From: Styela clava
Taxonomy: Eukaryota
Assembly: GCF_964204865.1 (NCBI RefSeq)
Contig: NC_135257.1
Coordinates: forward strand, 15,190,001 to 15,254,000
Length of the DNA: 64,000 nt
Direction of reading: 5' to 3'
The translations under genes were made by a program, and so were the position numbers. Under the pieces are notes generated by a model, which saw only the letters and a program-made list of their open reading frames with translations, had not been told where the DNA came from and did not search any database. Positions 1-15,288 of this stretch are shown here, piece by piece; position 1 is the stretch's first letter; each line of letters opens with the position of its first letter.

Positions 1-526
1 TAAAATGAATTATTTGGAACATAAAAAACAGAAATATATAAGCTGGAAACCAGTAGAAACCAGTGTCGAGGAAACTTGAGTCAATGACTAGAATAGTGTC
101 TGACTTGAGTCACCTTTTTCAGAAACTAAGAGTTATTTCAGAGAAAAAACTTGTTTAACCACCATACAGACCCAAATCGGGAATCAACAGAAATTGGCGA
201 GTCTATACAGTGGCAAAATTTTTTTTATCTATCTCATGGTTCGGAATACTCAACACTTGTAGAAACATGCTTTTCATATGTGCTGTGCTATGAGGGGATG
301 AAATGGACTTGCCATTACCAGGGAGCTTTCCCCAATAACCACACCCATGCATCGGAATAAACTAAAATTGTTCGTCAAATGAATAAACATTTTTGTCATA
401 TAAATATCTCGATTCTGATCAGAAAAATTACAATTTGTCTGGTTTTCAAATCAAAATTTGAAGATTTGAAATAGTATATACTGTACTCAAATTTATCTCT
501 TCATTTGGAAAAAGAAAAAGACCCAC

Positions 527-3500
527 CTTAAGTGAGATTGTCATGTCACTCAACTTTTGGGCAACATCAACAGAAGCTGAAATAAGAAAATTTTAAATTT
601 TTATAAAAAAAAATCACAATCTAATACCAGTTATAAAGTATGGTAATTTAATAAAACAAGAGAGAAATTTTAAAATATAATATTGCCTGAATCATTCCAA
701 TTTTATTAGAAAGGCACATATAACTTATATATGTGGACAGAAAAGCCAAATAGAAGTATTAGGACCTTCTAAGTACAGTAGTTGAAAATGAAAAGCGATT
801 TTTTCATAACAAGAAAAAGAATCCCAACAACAACATAATACCAAAACAATCTATAGGTCCACTTCATGTCCAACTAGATGGAGATCATTTCAAACCACTA
901 AAATTAACTAACTATGCTTTTGCATATTCTATCTTCATGTTTGAACAGAAGACCCTTTCTCTCAATATGTATTATAATGATCTAAAATTGTCCAATGATT
1001 TATGAGAGGCCATCCATAGAACAGACATCAATTTCCAAAATGGGGAACAAATTACACGAAATAATAATGAAATGAGTTTTATATCATAGTGCCATATAAA
1101 TTGGGAAAAAAAAGTTTATATATATGCTGAAATGTCACAAATATCATGGAAATGAAGGAAAATTAGACGTTGTATAAAAGTTGAGAGGCTCAGTAATATG
1201 TCTCTAGTTGTCATATTTCTAAACTATGTGGTGAATGACTATAGCTAATGAGTATAGAGATGGATAGTGATTCCAGATGCTTGGAAAACTATTCAATGAG
1301 TTCATGAGGCTTTCAGCTGAATTTGGTGTTAAAACTAATCAATTATTCATTATCAATAAAGTTTTCTCCTAGAAAATCAGATGAAAACTATCATTTATTT
1401 TGCAAATATTGTTAGATTAGATACATTTAAAATATTAAAATTATGGAAAATATCATATATTGCTTCATAATGTTTAGGTTGGAAGATATCAAAAATAAAT
1501 TATCAAGGAAACCTAATTTCATCAACACAGGCTGATCACTTTATATTATAAGTTAAATCCTGACAAAAAATGGCTCAAATAAGATTATCACCAATTAGAT
1601 CAAATTATGTAAAAACAAAAACGACAAACCCTGAATTAATTTACATTCTTGAAATAAACTAATTTAAACAATGTTTTTCCCCATGAACAAAATTGACTAT
1701 AAAAGGTATCGTACATTGTAAGTGGTGTGGGCGAACTGCCTTTTCAATATAAATAACTTTAAAATGTTGAATCATGCAAGCATGCAGATTACAGTCTCAT
1801 TATGAACACAATCGAAAGTAGTCATGCAATTATTATATGATAATGATACATAAAGGAAGAAGAATAAATTACCAGTATCGAAACTTGGTACCACTGAATA
1901 GCAGTGGTACTACTTAGCATATTCGGTGTTGAAAGTGAGAATGGCCAAAGTAAGATAATTTAAAATTTTGAATACATACAAATAAAATTTTTAAATATGG
2001 AACATGAATATAGTCTAAATTAGAGGTTCCCACCCAGGGGTAAATTTGGTTTGCCATGCAGAAAATTTGGCATTAACACCTGTTTTAACTTCTGTGAAAT
2101 AAAACAATTTTAGACATCAACATCCAAAATCCCATACTGAAATTTCTCCTTTCGAAGCCTTTTTAATCCCAGGAGTCATTTGTATATGAATTGGTGGGGG
2201 AAACAAATGGGGATAATTTATGAAATTTGTAAAACGGTTAATGAGAGAATAAGATATTCTCAGAACTTCTGTTTAAGTGATGTATAACAAAGAAAATTTC
2301 AGAAATCATTGCATTTGAATATTAATAAAATTGATATAGGCAATCGGACTGTGAGAATTCAATTATTTTTACATTTTAACATTTATTGAACCTTCTGTGA
2401 GCATTATTTTATATATACATGACCTTTGCCGAAGAATATGATTTATTTGGATAGGAAAAGTGGCAAATGTCAATGTATGTATTAAAATGTTACGATTATG
2501 TTTTTGTGCTATTCAAGAATTGAATGTCAAAATTTGAAATCCATTTTCAAAATGAAGGTTATTTATAAAAATTTAGAAGATTCTATATGTTTTTTATGTG
2601 TCTATATAAGATTTGAGGATATAATATTATAAAGAAACTGTAAGGAGATTTTTACAATTTTTTTTTTACAAAAATCAGTTTTCATTATATAGTAGTCAAA
2701 AATCTTATTAAATTTTATAAATGTCTATTTAGGAAAAAAAAAATTATAACATGCTAAAAAAGACTCTTTACAGAAAGCTAGTTGGGACGAAATTAGTTTT
2801 TTAATAAAAATCCTAAATTGACAAGATTTAAGAATTTTGTGGGCATTTTAACACATATAAGTCTATTTGTATTATGCGTTTGAGTGAATAAATAAAATGT
2901 AGTTGTAGAAAAATTATTTTAGAATATTTCTTTAATTCAATATGAAATCCTTACACATAAAAAATAAAAACGAACTGGCAGTCCGTGACATTTATAATGA
3001 GCCAATCAGGCAGAATGGTCAATAAAGTCAATAGTTTTACATGATAATGCATGATCGTACATAATTTTGTGTTGGTGTTGTTGTTTTCCATATTGATAGT
3101 AATGATAGACAAGATGTTTTAATCAATACAAATTTAGTGAAATCAATAGATTGACCTATAATCCCTTTTTAAATCTATGTACTATAATAATGATGTTTGA
3201 TGACTGTGACGTCCTATTTATAATGTTAAGTGGACATTTGATGAATACAAAAAAAATATGATATAATTTTAGGTTGTGTCAACTTGTGTGCAAAAAATAC
3301 TAATGAGATTGACGAGAATGGAAAAAGGGGACCAAAAATAGAATTACGTAGGCTATTTAGGTTATGCAATTATTCAAAAAAATGGTTTAAATTTAGCATA
3401 ATTTTAAAATATTTAAACAAAACTGATATAATTAATCAATGATATGATGCTAAGACAAGCACCTCGTGGTAAGTCAAGTATAATTAGGGATTTGAATAAA

Positions 3501-6500
3501 TTAAACGATGTTCAATAATTTGACATTTTGATTTTAGGAATAGTTTTGAATAGTTTCCTTTGTAAAATCATTGAGCAATTAACGCCTAACAGAATAACTA
3601 AAAACACCTTCATTCAATTATCAAAAAACTGTAAAAATCGGAAAAACAATTATTTATCTCAGCTGTTCAAATAATGTGTTCTTTATGTTGGCCCAGAATA
3701 AGCCTACAATCCAGTTTAGAATATATTGGAAAATATTGTTTTCGACTGTGTTCAGGTTGCAAATAATTAGATTTTGGCCATACCAGATTATATACTTAAA
3801 ATATAGTATTTCGAAGAACTCGTTTAGATCTAGAAGCTCGAAAATCTCACTCAGAGCATAAGTGCGTAGTGATACCTTATGTCATACATCGATAATATTT
3901 AGACTGTTAAAAATTGATGGCATGCAGCATGCATAGTGGTGAAGAAAAATGACAAATGATAATCTATTAAAAGTAAATAAGTAGTCATACTTCCTTCCAA
4001 ATGATTCATTCAGGAACCATATTGAAAGTTTGGCTTTCATTTTTTGAGATATATATAAGAAGAGCATATATAGTTGGAGATTGAATACGGGTACTTCTTT
4101 AGGGTTTACTTCTTTAGATTGAATTTGGGTTTTAAAAAATGAGATGGAATTGATTTTTACTGAACCTTGGTGGGCTAATGGTTGAAACGCTAGACTAACT
4201 ACGTACGATGGATAGCATTCCAGGTTGAAATCTCAGCAAAAAATCCCATGTTCACAAAACCCCCCACTTCCGCAGGGTGAAATAAATTGGGTAAGCAATG
4301 TTAATTCGAAAAATTTTGAATCCTGTACAGAGACTTGTTTATAGCAAAAGACATATGATTACGTCATTTTTTCTGGCAAATTACGCCCAGCTAATAAATC
4401 TAAAACCAATTTTCAGTTATGATATTTGTGAAAATATACAACAGATTTAAATGATACTGTGGATACTATTTGCTACATGGTATACTACGATTAAGCAAGC
4501 TTATTATAATTAAAATCAAATTTACCGATAGCAAGAGAATCAAGATCCGGCTCAAACTCTCGGCCGTACAAACGAGAACTGACTTGCTGAAGATTTGACA
4601 ACACTGTGAAGAACAAAGAATAGAGACATGTGCAGTTCAATCACAAAAAAGTTAAATTTATCTTTGAACCATACTAGATCAAGCATGTGTTATTGGTTTA
4701 TCAAACTTTACCATAGATGGTAAAAGGATATTACAATAACACATGCTTACTTAAGAATGATCATATGATAAATTAAACTTGCAAAGTGCGACATCACAAT
4801 ATTGCACACAAAAAATGACACACTGATCCATTGAAACTCACATAACTTTAAAATTATAAATACCCTGCTATATTTCAAGTATAATATAAATAAATATTGA
4901 TCACCATAAACACTAAGCATGCAGTTTTTTAACAAATAACTGAAAATACTAGAAACTAAATAAACGAAATAGTAAACAAAAACATCTGAATTATGCAAAT
5001 TTCAATTCCTTCAAATGCAGTAGATTCCATTGCTAATACAAATTTTCATTTATAATAATGTTTCAATATTCAAAGTATCTAAAAATAAGTATAATTGTTT
5101 TGCTTAGGAATTTATAGCAGAAGCGAACTCAATTATTTTTCTATTTTATGAACAAATCTGTACTAAATACTAAATAGCATATTTATTTGAATTCAATGAC
5201 CCAGCAACAAATTGAATTAAGCAATCTAAATTCTATGAATTTTCATTTATGCAAATTCACTAACAAGGTTCCAAGACATACATGAAAACTGATAAGATCA
5301 CTGATAGTGATGTCACACACGATCAGAAAATTCAAATTCCGCACTCACAAAATACATCTGCTTAGTTTAATATAAAATAAAGCAGAAGCAAGTTACAAAT
5401 TCACAACACAACACCGACGAAACAAAGATTGCATATAAATATATCATCAATTATGGCAATTGCCACTATAAATGTATAAGTTAGGAGTATATCAATATGT
5501 TGTTTCAATACAAATGAAAAATGAAATTATATAATTATACATTAAAACTATATAATTTGTTTTGAAAGTACTGCTGTATATTCAGCCAAATAAGATTTGA
5601 ATTTTCTTTATATCTGTACAAGAATTTTGACAAATATTATGATTGTTTTAGCTACGAAAGTTCAGTAAAGTATAGAATTCCAGTTTATATAAATTGAAAA
5701 TTTAGCAAATATATGAATATTTGAATATGTTAGCAACAAAATTTAACTCACGGCAAGGACATCGCTAAAATAGTATTCAATTTTGGCAATTGTATTTGAT
5801 GATATATTTATATGCATAACATATTAATTAAACCCACGAAACTGCAATCCATGCCATGCAGATGACTGTTATTTATGTGAAGGTTAATTTGAGGCTTGAG
5901 AGACAATTATCCTAGTAAACCAGAGAGTATTTTACAAGGTATGGGCCACTGATGAACTATGACTTATTATCTAATAAAAAAAAGTGGCCCATTCATGGGA
6001 TACGTGAATATTTTGAAGCTAAGTGATGTCTTTTTTTTGGAAAAATGCAGAACCACTAGTTTCGTATTGAAATCTGAGTGGCATAAAATATACAAAAGTT
6101 TGAAAGTAAAATACACCAAATCACCAGAACCCCGTACATTGATCTGTTGAACCTGCCAAATTAAAATGTTAATTCTGTAAAAGTACGGCTTTTGAAACCT
6201 CGAATGTTTCCACTATTTCATTCGATGAAATTTCAGTAATACAAGAAAATGCTGACAGAATTTTCTATTCGGGTGAATTCATATAAAAATGTTATTTATT
6301 CTTTGGCATTTTCCCTGTGTAGCAAAGGTGCTAGTTCAGTAACCCACTAACGAACAGCCCGGCAATTAAGATAAAAAATAACCATATATAGAAATTTAAA
6401 ATTTTTTATGTTAACAGCATCAATTTCCTGGAAATATGTAAAACAACAAGTATGTTCAAAAGTGCAATTTATAAAATAATACACCAGAGAAATGTACCGA

Positions 6501-9500
6501 AATTATGATAAAGGACATACCGACTCGCTACACATAATTGGCGGGTTGTTTATTCCAATTTAAATCCACAGTAGCAGATTGTCTCATAATTAAGATATTT
6601 AAATCATATAGAAAAACAAACCGTAGCCTTCCCGATGTCTCCTGGGTATTGAACGCAACAGTGAAAGGTAGTAATTTTGCATGTGAGCGTAGACTGTCAA
6701 TAAGATTTTAACCAGCTTGGCATGCACAGAGATTGCATTCGACACTTTTATATCGAAGTTAAATGCCTGAAGTGTAAAAAATAAATGTAAAATAATGCAA
6801 GAAATGATTATTTATCAATGAAAAATATTATATCAAGGCTACAGTATTCCCCCCTCATTATGAATTCAATCTATTGCATTATTTACAAGATAAGCAAAAC
6901 TGAAAACCAGTGGGACCATGTTACATATAAATACGGTAATCTTAGCTTGTGATTAACTTGAAATTTGTCGATTTGTTTTTGAAAATATAACATACATGTG
7001 TAATGGGTAACAAATTTTTAGGGTCACGACTTTACACTTACAAAATGGCATATTTAACATAAGAACAGTAATTTCAATATGTGAATCCTATCTAAATAAA
7101 TTTAATATTCTAACCTGTCCAGCACTCATTCCAGGAAGAGCACGAAATAAGATGGATTCAAGAGTGGCTGGTTCAACTCCAGCTGGGGTTTTATTGTTTG
7201 CAACCAAGCCCGGCATACTAAAATAAAAGAAATATTTTTTTGTTAAAAACATAACCTTGACAAAAAATAGTGTTAACAGCCAATAAACTAAGTGTCACAA
7301 AACCTACTGATAAGGATGTCAAAAGTGAAATGGATATCAGACTTGATTCAAATTTTATTATATTTGATATTTTGCATTCTTGATTTTGAAAATAATGACC
7401 AGAATTAACCAAATTATTGTTAACTTCAATCTGCATTTCCAGATTTAAACACACAGAATATATATTGCCTTCCATATAAGGTCTGTTGAATATGACATAT
7501 TCGATAAAATATCTTACATAATATAGATATCTTCACTATTAATCAATAAAGCAATCAGTAGAACACAGGTCAAAATAATCAAGTCTTGTTATGCTCACTT
7601 GCTAAAATGGTCTCGTTGATTGACATACCCACCTATCTTATATCAGTAAAATTGATGGATTTGAAAATGACAATGTAAGATCAGTTAAGACCTTTTGTCT
7701 AATAATCACAGATAAATGTATACATACATAATTACGGTATAAAGAGATAAATAAACAACAAGTTAAAGTAAGCGAGTAAAAGTGCATTGATAACAATTAT
7801 ATGACATGGGTATTTCCTTATGTATAAATATTTCGATTTTCAGGAAGAAATTCAGATGTTCACCGCCTTAACAATTTTTTTTGGACCTTCCTCGTTCCCA
7901 TCAATTTAGGGGTAAGTTTGTAACAATATTCGAAGTTTGAGAACCATGCTCTTCCTGTAAACTAGGAACGTGCCATGAAAAATATGTGTACTTTGTATTT
8001 GTATTCAAATATAGAAAATGTATTGATCTAATAGAACCTACAATATGAGGTTATAAAAATAGCTTACGTCATCAAAGGCTGGTGCAAGGCAACAAGTGAT
8101 GCATGAATTGTGACCTCAACTGCTGCCATATAACCGTAATCAAATAAAACCTGCAAAACAAGATGCAAATGATGAATCACATAATATGATCATAATGTAT
8201 GAGCCATCAAGATTATTTCACCCAACTTCAATTATGAGGTCATAATGAATAGATCAGTTAAGCAGATGACAACATACAATGATCAAGAAAAACAAATTGC
8301 AGCATCTGTTCAATGGCATTGCAGTAATGACCATTCAAGTAATTTATGAATTTTTCATTACTTGGACTTCGAACATCAAAAATGCAGAAGCAGGTGACTG
8401 AATGTACGTCACATTGTGAATGATTGCATGTTATAATTTGTTAAATACAGCTTGGAGAGAAGAATACATATATTATTTAAATTAAGAATGATAATCACAA
8501 CAAGCATGAATCAGAAATTGACAAATGATATCTTAGACCAGTGGTCGGCAACCTTTTTTCAGTGACGTACCGGCAAAGCCTGACCAAAATTTTGGCGGAC
8601 CACCTTTATACAAATTACAGACGAACTGATGTAATTTAATAAATTATATGCGCTAGAAAAGTTATGTTGACAATACATTCAAAAACAAAGGTATAACGTG
8701 TTTCTTACGTTCGTCCTACTTCAATATTTCGTTTTTGTAGTTGTCAATTTTGAAAACCTGACTTTACATACTGGTAACAACGCTATTAGGGCATTGTACG
8801 TTTTTTGTGTCACCTTTCTGCGGACCGGTAGTAATCTTCCCGCGGACCGGCAATGGGCCGCGGCCCGGTGGTTGCCGACCACTGTCTTAGACGCAATGGC
8901 CTATTATTGGTTTAGGGATAGGTGTTGGACTTTAATATGTTTACACTGCAACGTAAAAATCTTGGGTTTAAATACCATACCTACCACATCACCCAGAATG
9001 TAAGCTATAGATGTCCAAAACGAATCGAATATTCGAATACATTTCAGATTCATTATATTAGATATATTAAAATTTTTGAATTTAGGAATATTTCAGATCA
9101 TTTCTATTCAACAATTAGACATTTTGAGCTGTCAGAAGCAAATAAAATATGCAAGATCTCAACTGGAAACAAACAACACAGAGAAAACAATGATATTTAT
9201 ATTTATATCGTTTAAGATAGAATCAACATGAAGATATACTGATTTATGTAATTTTACACATTTTTTCTGCCAGTGTAGAATGTATTCGGTAAACCTTAGT
9301 ATTCAAAAATATTTTAAGTACAGTTTTGGCCAAACTATAAGCATCTGAGCCAGGAAAATGTTGGTCCCTCAATATATGATAGCTCCATACCTACCGCTGA
9401 TTAGAGTGGAAGACGTATGAACGTCAAAAAAAATTCCATTACATGAATAGGTTATGCTATGTTTGGGTTGTACATATGGCACAATTTTTAAAATCTGTTT

Positions 9501-12500
9501 TTGTTATCTATTGATGAATGAGCTACCTCGAGGGACACTGATTTCACTTACCAATGTGCTAGCATACAATCCATATATCAAGTCTAATTCAAGCTTCAGT
9601 GTTCTTTTACTGACTTCTTCCATACTTTTTGTAAGGTCGTCCGGTCTAAAAAATGAGAGATAATTGGTTGGGGTGGGAAACAACATCAGGAGAAACTGGC
9701 TGGGCAAAATCTAGCAACCACGTTTGCTGTTATGTTAAAAGCCACCATCAGAGCTGTCTGGTTTGCGGTCAAAGTCGATTGTAAAATGCATCGATTAGAC
9801 ATTCCTGGTGATAATTTGTCAAATTTGAAATAAAACACCTAGATAAAATATTTGAACATAAAAGTACGGTATTTGGCAAGAGATTATTTACAGCATGAAA
9901 TATAATAAGCCCTGGAATATTAGGTCTTTGGGTGTATGGGTATTCGAATAAGAAGAAGATAACAATTCCCGTTTAATCTAAGAAAAATGACTTGAGTCAA
10001 CAAATAAAAAGCCATGATGCCAATGCAATTCTAAGGTCGGCAATAAAATTACCCAAGCCATAACACATCAAAGCTATTAATACAGGATGTAAAAAATTGA
10101 CACAATGTGAATTCACAGTTTATTTCAAACTGTTTCAAATCAATGAAAGGCATTGACCTTGTCATTATTAATGATTTTATGATCAATTCATTTTAACAGA
10201 TTGTCGACAGTGTTTCAATAAAGATGTTAGACTTCAGATTGTGTTAAATAGTGTTTTATATTGACATGAACTGTGATGACCTGAGTGGTACATATCAATA
10301 TAAGTGACATTTATCAAAAAGACTTTGTGGGATTCCATATTTACAATAAAATCAATTAAATTGATCAGAAAATTCATGTAAGGTTATGGTTGGGTTATAG
10401 TTTTATTCCGATTTTCCCTATTATAGTTCTATTACAAGTTCGGTGACTCCCTGTGTTATCCAAGTGAATATACCCCCTGCCCATAGGTTTCAGTCCCTTT
10501 ACACAACTTGATGTAAAATAGGCGAACAAAAATAGTTACCTCCATATTGGTACACACACTTCTGGAGCGCCAAAATTTTATGCATGACGATTTTATTTGA
10601 AATTTTTTTATAACTTACAAAAATGATTAGACTATCGTCTCCCATGAGAAACCATGTTTATAATGATGTTAATGGATAATTAATGATAATCTATTGATTT
10701 TTATGCATAGTAATTAGGCACTCATAAACAACACAGTCACTGCAATATTAGGATCATCTATATTGAAAATTTATTATAAATAAACATAAGAAACTGATAA
10801 AACAAATACCTAAAGCAACCAAAGAGCAAACCCTATTTATATAAATGTCATATTGAAAACAAGGACATGAGATAAGTGGGCATGCTGGCTAAGCAATTAT
10901 ATGAATGTGGGTCATGCTGATATTATATTTTATTGTAATTTATGGTTCAGATTCCAAAATACAAACATTATCAAAGCTTGACTCCCTACTGTGTTGATAA
11001 ATTTACTGAGAATAAGGAAGCAATAAACAGCTTTGTTGCAGATAATAAAACATGATAAATGAAATTTAATAGGCAAGAGATATAGAAGAGTAATGCAATA
11101 TCTAAATCAATTTCAATCAATGTTATATAATGATTTATATTAGTGAATTTTCAGATTAAATTAAACTATATTATATATAGAAAAAACAGTTATAATGCAT
11201 ACATTTTTGTGACATCCTTGTTGTAGCCCCATAAAAAACTGTAATATAGTTTATACAGAATAATTTTGAACAAGAACGCTACTGAAAAAAACTCAATGTT
11301 ACTTACAAATCATCTGCATTGGAGAAACATAATGTTGTCTCTAGTTGAAAACTTAATCTTTTCAGACATTCCAATATCTAGGAAAATAAAAAAAAACGAT
11401 TTTGAAAATTTTAGCTTATATAAAAATATACAGATTTTGGTATCTCAAATTTCAGTTACTTTTCTCATTCAATATAACTCTGAAATCGGAATACAATCAA
11501 AAGCAACTCAAAACCAACATTATATTAATTAAAAATTCATATATAAGCACCAATCAACAATGGGACAATTAGTGAAAATATCGAAGCATAATATACCGTA
11601 AATTAAAACTCATCAACATTTGGGATTACATATTAACAATGAGTCATATTAAAAATCCTATCACTCATACCAGATGAAAATAACCACTTGAGTATAATAT
11701 TCAATATGCCTGTCTGATACCTTTTGACTGTCAAGTAGACAGTGAACTCGAAATAAAAATGTATGATTCAGATGGCATTCCTCTCGTTTATACAACACTT
11801 GAAGGCACTTTGACACAGCTCCAAGTCCATCATCAAACACTCTAAAATATAAATGGCATAAATCAGTATGGTCTGATAATGCTGAGGGAAGAAATTAAAA
11901 TGGTATAATATACTAAAAAACAAGATAGCAATGCTCAAATATATGGATAAGAAACTCCAGTGATTAAATGCGGCTTATGCGACTAACACGAAAATGTAGC
12001 TAAACACAAGATGTGCAAAATCGAGTCCAAAAATAATAAAAAAAAATTTCTTGGATTAGGATCAAAAGAAAGCAAGAAAATATACATTAGACCAGAATAT
12101 AAAGACAGAAATGATACTTAAACCGTAACACTCATGCTAGTCAAGTAATAAAATACAGACCTAATATGTTTTAATAAACAAAGAAATTCACATTTGGTCA
12201 TTACATGAGAACCCCTCAATACTGCCGACATTTGAAAATTTATTGCACGCTCTACTCAATAATACTAAAATTGTCTGAACATTCACATGAAGGATAAGCA
12301 TCAAAATAATACCTTGCGGGACAAAAATGATCAGAATCATTTGTTTTCAAAACATGGACTTCTACTTTTGCCTGTGGATGAGTTGGTTCAGTCAACTTTA
12401 CAGCGACTTGATAAAACCTGAAAATTCAAATTGCTAGGTAAAACTTATAATTAAATTATTCAAAACCATTATTTAGCCCTTATCTATATGGCTTAATTAA

Positions 12501-13089
12501 CGTAGAGCATTCGACAAGATTAATGCATTGTACTTTAAAATTGGGTCATATGGAAAAGACTCAACCTGAAGAAAACAACGAATTTTAACTAATAAATTAT
12601 GCTAGGGAGACAGATCAGTTCTGCTGCTGGCAAAATCAACTTATTCAATGCTCAAACATATTATATATGGATGAATTCTCGAATATTTGTGAAATGGGAA
12701 CAAAGAACAGTGCCAAGATAAAAACAGAAAAATAAAAAAAATAAAACAGAAAAAATTTGGGTGAAATATCAGATATTATTAAAATTTTACAAAATCTAGC
12801 CTTTGCATCAATCTTTAGGTACTGAAAATTTGACATTGGCAATTTTTCCATTACCAAAATGTTGTTTCAACAACAGAAAGGCTAACAACAACATTTAGCA
12901 AACAATCCCTATTATGACCACTTTGATTCCAATAATCGAAAATGTACATTGATGACCTTCATTCGAATTCCCAGAAAAAGACCTAGAAAAACAATAAAAG
13001 TAAAGTTCATACCCTCTTTGAAATAAATCTACATTGCAAAATCTTCCTAAATCAACTGCAATTTCAACAGTGGCTTGTAGGTCATCCAT
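527..13089 (-). CDS. FAM135: FAM135 family protein, N-terminal 10 coding exons; gene continues beyond the left window edge
   Basis: Exons (minus): 13089-13013, 12417-12313, 11841-11721, 11377-11307, 9645-9552, 8150-8068, 7217-7115, 6766-6622, 4603-4526, 576-527, all GT-AG and in frame. Translation [30 protein letters not shown]...SKCLQVLYKREE...VSKRTLKL...VLFDYGYMAAVEVTIHASLVALHQP matches the FAM135A/B N-terminus as I recall it (VDLFQRG, HASLVALHQP). Confidence 0.92.
8539..8884. mobile_element. hAT (Buster/Charlie-type) MITE in a FAM135 intron
   Basis: Perfect 15-bp TIR CAGTGGTCGGCAACC / GGTTGCCGACCACTG. 8-bp TSD TCTTAGAC at 8531-8538 and 8885-8892, with the central TA typical of Buster targets. 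Confidence 0.92.
10380..10571. mobile_element. Partial MITE related to the 33483 and 48254 family
   Basis: Ends in TGGTACACACACTTCTGGAGCGCC, similar to the TGGTGCGCATACTTCTGGAGC terminus at 33570-33590. Left boundary approximate. Confidence 0.5.
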
Positions 13090-13754
13090 TACAAGTATCA
13101 GATCATTGATACTGAATGCTGCAGCAGTGCAAAAAACAGAAGGTCAACAGCAAGTACGAGGTTTCCTTTATATCCACAAGCCTTGGAGTTTATTGGTTGT
13201 TCCAATGTATTGATTTAATGGTAAACAAAATATATTTCAATTTGCAAATGTCCAGTAATCTTTGACTGGTGTAAATTGTCTAGATTGCTTTAGAAAAACA
13301 CAAAAACTTTCCTCTGATATGTTGCAGCGTCACTACGCAGTTCTAAATCCATTCTGCCTTAATAAGAAACTGCAAACATATCCATTTTCAAATTCCTGAG
13401 TTGACGAATTGGGATTTCAGGAGTTTACTTTTATTAGCCCAATGCAGATGCTATAACTGCTGAACTGTGAAATACAGATCGTATATTTACTCACAAGTGA
13501 TAAGAATATAACACAGACAACATACAGACATAAAACTGAACCAAATTAATTCCAAAGACACAATCAACTTACGATAATTCCAAGGGCAGAATGCTAGAGT
13601 CCCCAAAGTACGCGCCGACAAGTACTTCTGGCAACATGATTTTTTTTTTTTTTTTTTTAATGTTTCCACAATGTGGATTAATCAAAAATTAAAGAATAAA
13701 TAAAATAATATAGGAATATCAATAAATAACAACATGATTTTTGCATAAAATATT

Positions 13755-13840
13755 CCTAACCCCCACCTGACTACTTCGCCCAAAAATTACGGTACCGGTA
13801 CTCCGCAATGACTGAATGACGTGGTCAGGTGGGGGTTAGG
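13755..13840. repeat. 17-bp perfect inverted repeat of a dispersed element upstream of FAM135
   Basis: CCTAACCCCCACCTGAC (13755-13771) / GTCAGGTGGGGGTTAGG (13824-13840). A third copy of the arm lies at 55643-55659. Confidence 0.7.
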
Positions 13841-14764
13841 ATTGACATATGCAAAAATTGTTGAGTCAGGCCAACTACAGAACTAGAAGTGCACCGGTAC
13901 TAAACTATACCAGAAATAACATTGCTTCAGATTATGATTACAGATTAAAACTTAACGAAATCTGCTCAACCACTCGACGGTACGGTATTAGTACCGGTAC
14001 GTTCCGCGTACCGGTACCCGAAAACTGTACAGATACGGTACCGGTAACCCACCTCTCTGTCCAATTCTACTGGAAGCATTTCCAATTTCCTATGGCGTAC
14101 GGTACCGTATCTATTTACACATAAAGGTCTCCCCACTGCCCTAAGCCATTACCGTAAGCTAACACCGAAGTCGGACACTCAAGTATCCGAGCCCCTCTTA
14201 CTTTTAGGCATCGTGTCGGGCACTTTCTTTTCATCCAAAATACAGAAATATAAAAATCTGACATTGTAGAAATTTCAGTCCCTTTGTAAAAACCTATTTC
14301 TAAATGTTTCCGATGGCTTATACCCAGATTTTAGAATGAAACTTGTTATTCTAATACGGTACCTACCGGTACATGTTCAGCATTTTTTACAATAATGCAA
14401 AACCTGTGTAAAACCGAATACCTAATGCATGCATCGAATTGTACAGTAAACTATTACCAAACTACGGCCCACACGACGCATCCGCACGCGATAACAATTA
14501 TCCCGTGCGCCACACTTCGCTTTGAAATATGATAGATAGCTACCGGTAGTTTATTTTAAAAACTCCATAATACATACGAATTAAAAATGGAGAATTCTGG
14601 AGAGCAAGCAAAACCTTTAAAGAAGTTTAAAACATGAGAAATATCATGTGCCGGCCCACCAACACATACACAAAAACGCAAACTCAATTAAATGAGGCTT
14701 GGGCCAGAATTGAACAAACGAAATACGCGATAGTATTGAACTTTCGGGCTGTTGTACTTTTAAC

Positions 14765-14967
14765 GGTGACCGTACATTTGAACCCATGTACATTTGAACC
14801 CATGCGTATATCCACGGGTTCAATCTATATGCGGGTGCTAAAACCCATGGGTTAGGGTTAGTATGGGTTTAACTATCCGTGAAACAAAAAAAATTCCATA
14901 GGTGCAATAGCATACAGGTGCAGTTGTCATGGGTTCAAATGTACGTGGGTTCAAATGTAATGGAACC
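14765..14967. mobile_element. Palindromic MITE with 9-bp TSD (MULE- or Merlin-like)
   Basis: GG...CC termini; subterminal TACATTTGAACCC x2 inverted against GGGTTCAAATGTA x2; TSD ACTTTTAAC at 14756-14764 and 14968-14976; internal GGGTTAGGGTTAG. Confidence 0.85.
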
Positions 14968-15288
14968 ACTTTTAACACTTACGATGATAATGGCCTATAC
15001 AATCTCGCACAAAGATAATAGGGGGTGGAATAGAATGGATGAATCTGCTCATGAAATTAACTTTGTTTATGTATGTATTAGTATTATCTACAATACAATG
15101 TATTAGTATTATCTACGCCTTTTATCGCGTAATTATTTCTCTTTTGTCTTATTTGATGTATGGCTGACAAAAGAATCTGTCAAATGTTGCCATATACATA
15201 TTGTTGAATAGAACAAACAACAAAAGAACAGCAGCCTAACGTTAAATAAAATTCCTTTTTAGTGGTGTAGAATAATGTAGGCTACAAT

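Noticed and set aside
151-6150. Short 60-85 aa ORFs in FAM135 introns and similar ORFs elsewhere
   Set aside because: AT-rich intronic noise, often with non-ATG starts and no motifs or splice support.
9700-9838. Extra FAM135 exon at the acceptor near 9839
   Set aside because: Hits a stop in the required phase; the acceptor at 9646 gives the homologous in-frame sequence.
14849-14861. Telomere-like GGTTAG repeats (also near 33645)
   Set aside because: Only 1-2 units, internal to MITEs; not a telomere.
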